From the NCBI GenBank assembly GCA_963848295.1, contig CAWKDB010000011.1, forward strand, positions 640,001 to 704,000: a DNA stretch of 64,000 nucleotides, given 5' to 3'. The translations under genes and the position numbers were made by a program. The notes beneath the pieces are model-generated. The model worked only from the letters and a program-made list of their open reading frames with translations, was not told where the DNA came from and ran no database searches. Below, in pieces: positions 20,212 to 33,285 of the stretch. Each line of letters begins with the position of its first letter. Position 1 is the stretch's first letter. The stretch comes from an uncultured delta proteobacterium (GTDB lineage: Bacteria; Myxococcota_A; Polyangia; Haliangiales; Haliangiaceae).

Positions 20212-20670
20212 CTACGGCGCCGCCGCGGGTGCGACCGGCGCACTCCCCGGTGGGGTGGTCGACTGATCGGAGCGCGAGCTCAGCCGCCAGTCGTAGTGGT
20301 CCCCGCCGAGCAGGTACTGGTAGACCGCGCTCCTGCCGCAGGCGTTGACGCCGATGAGCCAGCCGGTGCCGTCGAGCGGCGTCAGCTTGACCGCGCTCGG
20401 ATCGCAGCCGAGCTCGAACCCAGCGCGCGTCTGCAGATCCTGCATCGGGAAGCACTGCTCGCCGCCGAGAGGGAACGTGCCGCAGGTCACCATCTTGGTC
20501 CGGCCGCAGCCGGCGGCGATATCGGTGTCGCCCGCGAATGGCGACAGCTGGATCTGCGTCGCCGGGCACTTCAAGAACTGCGACGCGGCGTCGATCTTGA
20601 CCTCGGCGTGCGAGTGAACGCAGCCGACACCGAGCAGCAGCATCGAGATCATGGACGGGATGGTTCGCAT
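20212..20670 (-). CDS. Small Cys-rich lipoprotein (hypothetical)
   Basis: Lipobox LGVGC; two similar 'A.F.L.C...(G/A)CGR' units. Confidence 0.65.
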   Translation of the reverse strand: MRTIPSMISMLLLGVGCVHSHAEVKIDAASQFLKCPATQIQLSPFAGDTDIAAGCGRTKMVTCGTFPLGGEQCFPMQDLQTRAGFELGCDPSAVKLTPLDGTGWLIGVNACGRSAVYQYLLGGDHYDWRLSSRSDQSTTPPGSAPVAPAAAP

Positions 20671-20755
20671 GGCGCCCACGGTGGTCGGCGACTGTAACGT
20701 CGCTGCGTCGCCGGTGTGAAGCTGTGTGAATCGCGTTAGCGCTATACTGCACCAG

Positions 20756-21889
<1,134 letters not shown>

Positions 21890-21891
21890 CG

Positions 21892-23304
<1,413 letters not shown>

Positions 23305-23305
23305 C

Positions 23306-24244
23306 ATGAACGATCTGGCGCGATCGCGCCTGACGTTCGCGCTTGCGGTCGCAGGAGCGCTGCCCGCTTGTGGCCGGCTCCGGTTCGACGACCGCGGGGT
23401 CCGCGACGGCGCGCTCGGCGGCGATGGCGCGGGTGACTCCGCGCTCGATGCACCGCCGCCGTGCACGTTCGGTGCGTGGAGCGCCCCCGTCCACGAGACG
23501 ACGGTCAGCGCGGTCGGTTCGCTCGATTCGGGCCCGTCGATGTCGGGAGACGGCCTGTCGCTGGCGTTCGCGTCCGATCGAGAGGATGGCTCCAATCTGC
23601 GGATCTACCTCAGCGAACGGGCGACGACCGCGGACGCGTGGCCAGCGCCCACGGTGGTCTCGATCGGCGGCACCGAGGTGCTCGGCGACGACCCGCAGAT
23701 CACCGATGACGGCTTGACGCTGATGTGGACGACTGAGGGCAGTGTCGTGATCGCCACCTCGTCGCGCCCGGCGCGCGGCGGCGCCTGGGCGGCTTATCAC
23801 ACGTTGCTCGGCGACGGTGTGCTCTACACGAGCGCGCAGGCGCCGAGCCTGTCGGCCGACGGCCGGTCGCTGTACTTCACGGCGACGACGCGAGCGACCG
23901 GCCTGCTCGACATGTACGTCACCACCAGGCTTTCGACCTCGGATGGCTTTCCGAACGCGAGCGCGGTGCCCGGCGTCGATCCGGCGATCCAGGCGGAGTT
24001 CGGCTCGGTCGCGGTCGGCGGGCTCGACCTCGTCTACCAGGAGGAGGCGAGCTACGAGATCTACGAGGCGACTCGGCTCACTACGACCGATCCGTTCGGT
24101 AGCGCGATCGTGCCCGCCGTGTTCGCGGGTGATCAGACCGCGGTGGATCCCGACCTGTCGAGCGACGGCACGACGCTGTGGTACGGCTCGACGATCACGA
24201 GCAGCGACTACGACCTCTACGAGTCGACGCGACCCTGCACGTGA
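23306..24244 (+). CDS. Lipoprotein with PD40/TolB-like beta-propeller repeats
   Basis: [11 protein letters not shown] lipoprotein start; repeated [24 protein letters not shown] and [12 protein letters not shown]. Confidence 0.8.
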   Translation: MNDLARSRLTFALAVAGALPACGRLRFDDRGVRDGALGGDGAGDSALDAPPPCTFGAWSAPVHETTVSAVGSLDSGPSMSGDGLSLAFASDREDGSNLRIYLSERATTADAWPAPTVVSIGGTEVLGDDPQITDDGLTLMWTTEGSVVIATSSRPARGGAWAAYHTLLGDGVLYTSAQAPSLSADGRSLYFTATTRATGLLDMYVTTRLSTSDGFPNASAVPGVDPAIQAEFGSVAVGGLDLVYQEEASYEIYEATRLTTTDPFGSAIVPAVFAGDQTAVDPDLSSDGTTLWYGSTITSSDYDLYESTRPCT

Positions 24245-24885
24245 TCGCGCAGCCGGCGCAGTCCGAGCTCGGTCTTCGCGTCGCACAGCTCGCCGCTCAC
24301 GCACGCGGCGATCGCGGCATCGATCGCGATCCATCGCGTCGTCGCGCCCTCCTCCATTGGCGAGCCGTCGCCGGCGGGCTCGCGCTGCGCGCTCGGATCG
24401 ACCTCGACCGCGGCGAAGTACAGCTTCTCGACCATCGCGGGCGACGGCAACGCGCCGGCGCCGAGCAGCTCGATCGCGCCCGGATCGACGGCGAAGCCCG
24501 CTTCTTCGAGCACCTCGGCGGCCGCTCGCTCGCGCAGCCCCTCGACGCCGCGGTCACCGACCTCGACGATGCCGGCGACGAGCTCGGTCAACATGAGCCG
24601 CGGCGCTGGCTCGGCAAGCGGTGCGCGCTTCGGATCGCGAGCGAGCGCGATCGCGGGCCGCAAGCCATCGCGGAGGAGCACGCGCAGCTCGCCGCCGACG
24701 TTCGTGTAGACCGCGACGACGACCGCGTCTTGGCCATAGGGCCGCACGATCGCGTCGCAGATGTACGGCTCGGACATCGAGCCGTCGCCGCGGCGATTGC
24801 GCAGGTGCAAGCGCCGGATCGCGAGGAACCCGCCTTCGCCGATCTGCTCGTCGTTCTCGACGATCAGCCCAACGACCGGGATCAC
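24217..24885 (-). CDS. NUDIX hydrolase (ADP-ribose pyrophosphatase-like)
   Basis: ELVAGIVE...[11 protein letters not shown]udix box; DAKT motif. Confidence 0.85.
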   Translation of the reverse strand: MIPVVGLIVENDEQIGEGGFLAIRRLHLRNRRGDGSMSEPYICDAIVRPYGQDAVVVAVYTNVGGELRVLLRDGLRPAIALARDPKRAPLAEPAPRLMLTELVAGIVEVGDRGVEGLRERAAAEVLEEAGFAVDPGAIELLGAGALPSPAMVEKLYFAAVEVDPSAQREPAGDGSPMEEGATTRWIAIDAAIAACVSGELCDAKTELGLRRLRDHVQGRVDS

Positions 24886-25475
24886 GGAGCCGGCGCGGGC
24901 GCGGGCGCGGCCGACCCGGTCGACGGCGGCGGCGCGGCGCTGCCCGGCGCGGCACCAGGTGCGGCCGGCGGCGCGGCGGTGGTCGGCACGTTCGCCACCT
25001 CGTATTGCTTGAGCGCGTCGTGGATGTTCGACGCCAGGGCATCGACCTTCTCGCCGACGTACCCGGGCAAGCTCGGATCATCCGGCGTCAGCTGATCGGG
25101 GTTCGGGCGGCCGGCGATGTAGCGCAACAACACCGGCGTGACCTGAACGACCCACGAGTCGCCATCGGGCAGCAGCTTCGCGACCAGCACGATGTTGAGG
25201 CTGCGGTCCGGAAGGTCCCGCGTGTCGCGCTCGGACGCGGCGAGCCCCTCGGGCGTGTACCACCGGCCCGTGGTCTGCATCCCGAGCGTCGTCTCGTCCG
25301 ACTTGTCGAGCTTGTACTTGTCCTCGACCGCGCCGCGCATCGCGTTGTAGATCGCGAGCTTGTCGCCGCGATAGTGCGCCGCCTTGACGGCCTTGAGCTG
25401 GGTCGACGAAGGCCCGCACGCGCCGAGCGCGAGGGCGACCAGCGCGGCGAGACGAAACACGTTCGGGTTACGCAT
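24882..25475 (-). CDS. Lipoprotein (hypothetical), paralog of 25538..26050
   Basis: LGAC-GPSS; shares the 'K.A.Y', 'V.VTP' and 'P.P..L.PDDP.LP' pattern with the neighbouring gene. Confidence 0.75.
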   Translation of the reverse strand: MRNPNVFRLAALVALALGACGPSSTQLKAVKAAHYRGDKLAIYNAMRGAVEDKYKLDKSDETTLGMQTTGRWYTPEGLAASERDTRDLPDRSLNIVLVAKLLPDGDSWVVQVTPVLLRYIAGRPNPDQLTPDDPSLPGYVGEKVDALASNIHDALKQYEVANVPTTAAPPAAPGAAPGSAAPPPSTGSAAPAPAPAP

Positions 25476-25537
25476 CGGCGATTCGTACAACGCTTCCGCC
25501 CCGCGAATCCAGCGCACGGGAGCGTTTCGCCCGGCGA

Positions 25538-26050
25538 TCACGTACCGGGAGCTGCGCCCGGCGGACCGGCAACGAACTGTTTCGCGTTCGCGTAGATCTC
25601 GAGCGCGAGCGTATCGGCGCGGCCGAGCACGAACGGCGGCAGGTACGGATCGTCAGGCTTGAGCTCGCGTGGCTGCGGGCTGCCGCTCACGACTTGCAGC
25701 GTCCGCGGCGTGACGACGACCGAGAAGCCGATATCGGCAGGTACGACGTGGACGATCAGCGTGACCTGGACGCTGCCGCCGCGGACCTGCGTCCAGCCGT
25801 CAGCACCCTCCGATTCGAGATCGCCGGTCGAGCTGTAGAATCGCGGGATCGTCGCGAACATCAGCTGGTCCTCGTTCACCTCGCCGACCTTGTATTCGAG
25901 CTTCGCGGTCTCGATCGCGAGCTGGAGCAGCTGCTTCGGATCCGCGGTGTAACGCGCGGTCTTCGCGGTCCTCAGCTCGGCGTTCGAAGGACCACATCCG
26001 GCGATCGCGAGCGCACCCGCCACGCCGACCACGACCCAAAAGCGCTTCAT
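25538..26050 (-). CDS. Lipoprotein (hypothetical), paralog of 24882..25475
   Basis: IAGC-GPSN; ELKPDDPYLP. Confidence 0.75.
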   Translation of the reverse strand: MKRFWVVVGVAGALAIAGCGPSNAELRTAKTARYTADPKQLLQLAIETAKLEYKVGEVNEDQLMFATIPRFYSSTGDLESEGADGWTQVRGGSVQVTLIVHVVPADIGFSVVVTPRTLQVVSGSPQPRELKPDDPYLPPFVLGRADTLALEIYANAKQFVAGPPGAAPGT

Positions 26051-26107
26051 AGGCCGATCGTACGGCGGCCACGCGAGCGCGTCTACCCCACGTGGTAGCG
26101 TCGCCGA

Positions 26108-26899
26108 ATGCGAGCGCTGATCACGGGCGCGTCGAGCGGCATCGGGGCCGCGATCGCGCGCGAGCTGGCTACCCGCGGGATCGATGTCGTGCTCACCGCC
26201 CGGTCGCGCGACGCGCTCGATCGCGTCGCGGCGGAGTGCACCGCGCTCGGCGTCAAGGCCGAGGTCGTCGTCGGCGATCTCGGCACACCCGGCGCCGTGG
26301 CGACGCTGTGGCATGCGGCGCGCGCGAGCGGCGAGCTCGACATCGTCGTCAACAACGCGGGGTTTGGCTATTTTCGCCCGTTCGCCGATATCGACTGGGC
26401 GCGTGACGCCGAGCTGCTGCAGCTCGATATCGTGGCGCTGGTCGAGCTGTCGAAGGCGTTCGTCCGCGACGGCGAGCGCGGCTACCTGCTCAACATCGCG
26501 TCGACCGCCGCGTATCAGTCGGTACCGAACATGGCGGTGTACTCGGCGGCGAAGGCGTTCGTGCGCAACTTCACCGAAGGCGTGCACGACGAGTTGCAGG
26601 GCAGCGCGAAGTCGGCGACGTGCGTGTGTCCCGGCGGGACGACGACCGCGTTCCACGCGATGGCCGGCGCGGGCAACTATAGCTGGCTCGCGAATCGTTC
26701 GATGCTGACCGCCGAGCACGTCGCCGCGATCGCGGTGCGCGCGATGTTGCGGAAGAAGCGCACCGTGATCTCCGGGTTCCTGAACAAGCTGTCGTGCTTC
26801 GGCGTGCGGTTCTTGCCGCGCTGGCTCGCGTCGTGGATGAGCCGGCGCGTGCTCGGCAAGCCGCGCGCCGGCGCGTTACCACCGAGGGCCGTCGCATGA
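26108..26899 (+). CDS. Short-chain dehydrogenase/reductase
   Basis: TGASSGIG, NNAG and the catalytic YSAAK motif. Confidence 0.92.
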   Translation: MRALITGASSGIGAAIARELATRGIDVVLTARSRDALDRVAAECTALGVKAEVVVGDLGTPGAVATLWHAARASGELDIVVNNAGFGYFRPFADIDWARDAELLQLDIVALVELSKAFVRDGERGYLLNIASTAAYQSVPNMAVYSAAKAFVRNFTEGVHDELQGSAKSATCVCPGGTTTAFHAMAGAGNYSWLANRSMLTAEHVAAIAVRAMLRKKRTVISGFLNKLSCFGVRFLPRWLASWMSRRVLGKPRAGALPPRAVA

Positions 26900-27915
26900 C
26901 CACCGAACCACTCAACGCACGGCATTGGCGCGACGATCAGCGCGGCGTCTACGAGGTCTGGTACCTGACGTGGAACCATCCCGACGGCACCGGCTACTGG
27001 CTGCGCTACACCACCGACGCGCCGTCGGACGGCGAGCCCGCGATCGCCGAGCTGTGGTTCGCGCGGTTCGATCCGGCGCGGCCCGAGCGCACGTTCGGTG
27101 TCCATCGCAGATTCGACGCGATCGAGCTCGTGTCCGAGAAGTCTCCGTTCGAGCTCGCGATCGGCGCGAGCCGGCTCGGCCACGACCGGGCGATCGGCGA
27201 GCTGTCGGGCGACGGCCACGACATTCGCTGGGACCTGCGCTGGGACCCGGCGGTGCGCGAGCTGCGCCAGTTGCCGGACGTCATGTACGCGCGCGGCGGC
27301 CTCGGCGAGACCACGGTCTTATCGCCAAACCCTCGGGTGTCGATGTCCGGTCGGCTCGAGATCGACGGCGAGGTGCTCGACTTCCATCGCGCGGTGCTCG
27401 GCCAGACCCACCTGTGGGGCAAGAAGCACGCGCTGAGCTGGACGTGGGCGCGCTGCGCCGAGCTCGCGGGCGCTCCCGACGGCGTGATCGAGCTACTCGG
27501 CGTCAAGCTCCAGCGCCGCGGCGTCACGCTGCCGACGCTCGTCGTCGCGACGCTCGATCTCGACGGCGAGCGCCATCACTTCAATCAGTTTCGCCACACG
27601 CTCGGCAACCGCGGCACGTGGCGGACCGGCCGCAGCGAATTTACGCTGAAGAACGCGACCACCAAGGTCGAGGGTGAATTCGTGTGCTCGCACCATCAGC
27701 TCGTCGAAGCGCCGTATGTCGATCCGGATGGCACGCGCGTCTACTGCGCGAACACCGAGATCGGCGACGCGCGCCTCGTGATCTCGAAGCGAGCCGGCCT
27801 CGGCTGGCGCGAGGCCCGCAGGCTCGAGTCCCTCGGCCGCGCGCACTTCGAGACCGGCGGACGCGAGCGCGATCGCGCGGTGGTTCACGAGCACGTCTTG
27901 GTCCGATCGGTGTAG
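26896..27915 (+). CDS. Tocopherol-cyclase/lipocalin-like hydratase-fold protein
   Basis: YEVWYLT, YWLRYT, GQTHLWGKKHA.SWTW and YVDPDG motifs; translationally coupled to the SDR gene. Confidence 0.55.
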   Translation: MTTEPLNARHWRDDQRGVYEVWYLTWNHPDGTGYWLRYTTDAPSDGEPAIAELWFARFDPARPERTFGVHRRFDAIELVSEKSPFELAIGASRLGHDRAIGELSGDGHDIRWDLRWDPAVRELRQLPDVMYARGGLGETTVLSPNPRVSMSGRLEIDGEVLDFHRAVLGQTHLWGKKHALSWTWARCAELAGAPDGVIELLGVKLQRRGVTLPTLVVATLDLDGERHHFNQFRHTLGNRGTWRTGRSEFTLKNATTKVEGEFVCSHHQLVEAPYVDPDGTRVYCANTEIGDARLVISKRAGLGWREARRLESLGRAHFETGGRERDRAVVHEHVLVRSV

Positions 27916-27927
27916 GCTGCGCCGGCG

Positions 27928-29046
<1,119 letters not shown>

Positions 29047-29439
29047 GTGACCATGACGACCTTCCCCGCCGATCTCCGCTACACCAACGACCACGAATGG
29101 CTGCGCCCGCAAGGCGCGAGCTGGCGCGTGGGCATCACCCAGTTCGCAGTCGATCAGCTCGGCGACATCACGCTCGTCGATCTACCGAAGCCCGGTGACC
29201 TCGTCACGAAGGGCCAGCGGTTCGGCACGATCGAGAGCGTCAAGAGCGTCTCGGATCTGTACGCTCCGGTGTCGGGCCGGGTCGCGGCGGTCAACCCCGC
29301 GCTCAAGGACTCGCCGGAGCTCGTCAACAACGAGCCGTACGGCGGCGGCTGGATGATCGATCTCGAGCCGACCGAGAAGTCGGAGACCGACGAGCTGCTT
29401 TCGCCCGACGCGTATTCGAAGCACGTCGCCGCTCAATAG
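29047..29439 (+). CDS. gcvH: Glycine cleavage system H protein
   Basis: YTNDHEW, GITQFA..QLGD, lipoyl-Lys motif IESVKSVSD and NNEPYGGGW. Confidence 0.96.
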   Translation: MTMTTFPADLRYTNDHEWLRPQGASWRVGITQFAVDQLGDITLVDLPKPGDLVTKGQRFGTIESVKSVSDLYAPVSGRVAAVNPALKDSPELVNNEPYGGGWMIDLEPTEKSETDELLSPDAYSKHVAAQ

Positions 29440-29466
29440 GGTGCGCCGCCGCGTCAGCGGCGCACC
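29440..29466. terminator. GC-rich hairpin between the convergent gcvH and cytochrome c genes
   Basis: ggtgcgccgc-cgcgtca-gcggcgcacc, a 10-bp stem with no U-tract. Confidence 0.45.
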
Positions 29467-29467
29467 T

Positions 29468-31675
29468 TCACCGCGCCCCGCGCATCTCGTGCGTATGTCC
29501 TTGCTCGCGTTCTCTAGCGCACGCGCTCGAAGCTCCGGCGCACTGGATCCGCAGCTCCGCCGAGTAGTCCGGCGAGCGAAACCGGTCGTACGCGGCGAGC
29601 GCCGCATCGGCTTCGCTGCGATGCAACCCGGCGAGCGCGGTCGCCTGGCTGCGCAGCAGATCCGGATCGCGCGGCGAGAGCTCGAGCCCGGTCGTGGCCG
29701 CCGCGAGCGCGCCGGTGTCGTCGGCGACCGAGCCGAGGCAGCGCGCGAGCAGCTTCCACGCGGTGCTGTTGCCCGGCGCCTTCGCCGCGACCGCGCGCGA
29801 CGGGGCGACCGCGTCGCCCCAACGCCAGACTCGCATCAGCGCGTCGGCTGCCACCGCATCGAGCACCGCGGGCCCCGGCTTCGGCAACAGCTCGCGCGCC
29901 CGGCCGACGAGCGCGAGCGCGTCATCCACCCTGCCTTGCTTGGCCGCGACCTCGGCGAGCTGCACCAGGATCATCGCGCGCGGCTTGTCCGCCGGCGCGA
30001 TCGCGAGCGCGGCCTCGAGCACGGTGCGGGCCTCGTCGAGTCGTTCGCTCACGGTCGCGACCAGCGCCATGCCGTGCTCGTACTCGCGCTCCCAGGCAGG
30101 ACGTGCGGTCGAGATCGCGGCGCCAGCGCCGAGCTCGATCCGAGTCTGGGCGATCAACGTGATCGGCTGCGGTTTGCACGGATCGAGCACGACATCGCGC
30201 GCTCCGCGAGCGCCGGCGATGAACGCCTTGCCCGCCGGGGTCTTCGATTCGGTGCAGACCGTCGCCTGCATCCGCAGCGTGCGACTGCGGTGGCGCAGGC
30301 GCGCCGATGCGACCAGCGGCAGCTGCGCCGCGGTCAGCGACTTCGGCACGGTGAACGCGTAGCGCACGACTTGAGCCTCGCGCGCCGCGAGCGTCTGGGT
30401 CGCGATCTGGGTCCGGAACTCGGCGAGCTGATGCTGGTCGAGCTGCTCGCCCTTGTCGTCGACGACGAGCGTGCGCAGGACGTGGGCGTCATCGTCTGCC
30501 GGGTCGCGCTCGTGATCGAGCCCGGAGCTCGCGACCAGCGCGCCGGCGTGATCGCGAACCTCGACTTCGATCCAGGTGTCCTGGATGTCGAGCACGCCGC
30601 CCGGGAAGCGGTGGCCGACGAGCAGATTGCGCACGACGACATCGAGCTCGATCCGTGCCCCGGCGACGACGGGCGCACCATCGGCCGGCAGGTGCCAGAT
30701 CTTCTGGCCGTTGCCGCCATCGAGCCGGGCGCCCGCGATATCGATCGAGGCCGCGCCCTCGAGCTTGGCTTGCATCCGCCGGACCTGCGCGGTGTCGCCA
30801 CGCATCGCCGCCATCCAGGTGTGGCCGCCCATGAAGCGATGCGACGCGATCGTGCCGTCCTTCGCGCCATACTCGTCCTTCGACGCCGCCTCGCGCTCCA
30901 TGTGGCAGTCGATGCACGTCTTCGACGTCACCTGATCGACGCGCGCCATGCCGTTCCCGGTCCACGCCGAGTTGCGCCACGCGCCCGGCTCGTCGATGCC
31001 GGTCAGGTGCACGGGCAGGCCCATGTCCGGCGACAAGAATCCGCGATGACAGCCGACACACAGCTCGGGGCCGAGCGCCTTCACCGAGACTTGCGCCTTG
31101 TGCTTCGCGATCGACGCGGCATCGCCGAGCACCGGCTGGACGAGCGGCACGCGCGACCACGTGTAGCTGCCGTTGCCGTCCTTGCTGACCGCTTCGATGC
31201 CGTGGCACAGCCGACAAGTCACGCCGGAGTGCGCCCGCAGATCCGCCGCGGGAATCGCCGCCGAGCCGGTCAGCAAGCCGTCGACCATCAGCGGCATGTC
31301 ATGGCAGCCGCCGCAGTGCTGGCTCACGGCCTTGCCCATTTGCTTGCGCGCGAGCTCGACGTTGACCCGGTAGATCGGATTGCCGAACGACGCGAACGAG
31401 TGCGCGCTCGTCGCCCACTGTGCCGCGGCGTCGGGGTGACAGCTCGAACAGCTGTCGACATCCGCCAGCATCGTGCCATCGCTGATCCCGCTGGTGTTGT
31501 TCGCACCGTCGATCGTGACCAGGCTCGGGCCGAACACGCCCGGGCGGCGCGGCATCCGCGGTGCAACGACCGCGATCTTGCCGGTCTTGGCGTCGTGCGG
31601 TCGCGCGACCTCGTCGGGGCCGCCGCACGCCGCAGTCGCGGCAACGAGCACGAGGAAGACGGCGCGGGCGGTCAT
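29468..31675 (-). CDS. Multiheme cytochrome c (c554-like) lipoprotein with C-terminal TPR repeats
   Basis: Lipobox TAAC; five CxxCH motifs (CSSCH, CGGCH, CRLCH, CVGCH, CIDCH); GHRFPGG; TPR helices. Confidence 0.87.
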   Translation of the reverse strand: MTARAVFLVLVAATAACGGPDEVARPHDAKTGKIAVVAPRMPRRPGVFGPSLVTIDGANNTSGISDGTMLADVDSCSSCHPDAAAQWATSAHSFASFGNPIYRVNVELARKQMGKAVSQHCGGCHDMPLMVDGLLTGSAAIPAADLRAHSGVTCRLCHGIEAVSKDGNGSYTWSRVPLVQPVLGDAASIAKHKAQVSVKALGPELCVGCHRGFLSPDMGLPVHLTGIDEPGAWRNSAWTGNGMARVDQVTSKTCIDCHMEREAASKDEYGAKDGTIASHRFMGGHTWMAAMRGDTAQVRRMQAKLEGAASIDIAGARLDGGNGQKIWHLPADGAPVVAGARIELDVVVRNLLVGHRFPGGVLDIQDTWIEVEVRDHAGALVASSGLDHERDPADDDAHVLRTLVVDDKGEQLDQHQLAEFRTQIATQTLAAREAQVVRYAFTVPKSLTAAQLPLVASARLRHRSRTLRMQATVCTESKTPAGKAFIAGARGARDVVLDPCKPQPITLIAQTRIELGAGAAISTARPAWEREYEHGMALVATVSERLDEARTVLEAALAIAPADKPRAMILVQLAEVAAKQGRVDDALALVGRARELLPKPGPAVLDAVAADALMRVWRWGDAVAPSRAVAAKAPGNSTAWKLLARCLGSVADDTGALAAATTGLELSPRDPDLLRSQATALAGLHRSEADAALAAYDRFRSPDYSAELRIQCAGASSACAREREQGHTHEMRGAR

Positions 31676-33105
31676 GGCGATGCGGACGGTGCCATGAACG
31701 GCACGCGGATCTGCGGCGCATGGCGCGCCTTCTTGAACCCGATTTCCCATAGATCGCGGCCGATCATCGCGGCGAGCGGCAGCTTACCGCGTGGTGCGAA
31801 CGCGAGGTTGCTCGCGGCGATCGTGGAGTCGTCCTCGCCGTTCGGCGGCCCGCCCCAGATGTTGCGCTCCGGCCGGGTGCACGCGATCGGCCCCGACCAG
31901 TGATGGCGAATCGCGTAGCGCGCTTGAAAGTAGTTCTCCTGCGACGGCACCGCGCCGTACTCGATCCCCGCGCGACTCCATTCCTCTCGGCCGCCGGTGA
32001 TCGCCGGTGCCTCTTTGAAGCGTAGATCATCTTTCATCTCGCCCTTGCTGTAGCGGGCGTGCAGCCGCGTCATCACGAACGTGCCGGCCGCGATCTTGCC
32101 GCCGACGAGATCCGCGCCGAGCTCGGTGAGATCCTTCGGCGTGACATCGAGCGCGGGACACGGGTCGCAGTGATAGCTCGGCTTCGCCGTCCACGCATAT
32201 TCGGTGACGATCGCACCGGGGTTCGCCGCGATCGTCTCGTCGAACAGGGCCGCGTAGAACTCGCCGAAGCGCGAGCGCACGTCGGACCGGACGTCGAAGT
32301 TCGTCGGGATCACGACGTTCTTGTAGTTCGCGACCTCGTAGCGCTTGTCGGCCGAGATGATGTTGACGATCAGGTCTTGTTTGCCCGCGGCGTTCGCCAT
32401 GCCGAGTCGGATCGGCAGCGTGAAGTCATCGCTGTCGTAATCGAAGCGCAGCGGCGACAGCGCGGCGTGGCCGTCCTCCATGACGACCTTCGCCGGATCG
32501 ACCTTCGCGACGAAGAACTTCGAGCCGCCTTCGATGTACGGCCGGAGCAGCGGCTCCGCCCCAGGCGGAATCTTGAAATGGTTCGCGGTCAGCCAGTCCT
32601 GCAGCGCGGTCGCTTCGGTCGCCGACAGCACGACGATCTGATACTCGGCGACGTTGAACTTCGCCTCGACCGTGACCTTGCCCATCTTGCCTTCGTCGAG
32701 CCCGAAGCCGCCCGCGCCCGTGCCGTAGCCCATGCCGACGCCGCGCAGCATGCCTTCTTCGCGCTGGCGCTCGCACGGGTCTTGCTCCCAGTACTCGACG
32801 AGCCGCGGCGACCCGAGCGACTCGACGTGCTCGAACACTTCCTTATGCAGCGTCTTGACGTCTTTCGCGTGCAACACGACCGGCACCGGCACGACCATCG
32901 CAAAGTCCTCGAGCGGTCCGCGATAGTCGTTCTGCATCGCGAGCACGGTGCGCGTGCCCTCGCGCATCAACACGACCTGAGTCGCGTCGTTGACCATCTT
33001 CTGGCCCGAGCCGCTGACGTAAAACCCACAGAATGCATGGGCGGCGCCGGTCGTGGCGACCAGGCCGAGCGCGGCGGAACCGAGGACGAGGGCGAGCTTG
33101 GACAT
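31672..33105 (-). CDS. DUF2330 domain secreted protein (paralog 1)
   Basis: AHA-FCGFYV, VVLMREGTRTVL, PRLVEYWEQDPC and LPIRLG. Confidence 0.88.
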   Translation of the reverse strand: MSKLALVLGSAALGLVATTGAAHAFCGFYVSGSGQKMVNDATQVVLMREGTRTVLAMQNDYRGPLEDFAMVVPVPVVLHAKDVKTLHKEVFEHVESLGSPRLVEYWEQDPCERQREEGMLRGVGMGYGTGAGGFGLDEGKMGKVTVEAKFNVAEYQIVVLSATEATALQDWLTANHFKIPPGAEPLLRPYIEGGSKFFVAKVDPAKVVMEDGHAALSPLRFDYDSDDFTLPIRLGMANAAGKQDLIVNIISADKRYEVANYKNVVIPTNFDVRSDVRSRFGEFYAALFDETIAANPGAIVTEYAWTAKPSYHCDPCPALDVTPKDLTELGADLVGGKIAAGTFVMTRLHARYSKGEMKDDLRFKEAPAITGGREEWSRAGIEYGAVPSQENYFQARYAIRHHWSGPIACTRPERNIWGGPPNGEDDSTIAASNLAFAPRGKLPLAAMIGRDLWEIGFKKARHAPQIRVPFMAPSASP

Positions 33106-33204
33106 CGACGCTTCCTTTGTATGAACGCAGGGCGCACCCGCACGATCTACGCCGTCATGCTCGGTTAGCGGCCGAGATCATTGCCGGTTCGTCGTGCGAC
33201 GGCG

Positions 33205-33285
33205 TCGGCGCCGCCGCATGGCGGTGCGGTCAGTTCGACGGTGAGGCCTGCCGGCGCCGTCAGCGCCGCCGAATGGCGGTGCGGT
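33205..33285. repeat. Two REP-like palindromes (33205-33230 and 33260-33285), 55 bp apart, of the same family as the argS internal repeat
   Basis: tcggcgccgcc-gcat-ggcggtgcggt and tcagcgccgcc-gaat-ggcggtgcggt match the reverse complement of the argS unit core at 22/26 and 24/26. Confidence 0.75.
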
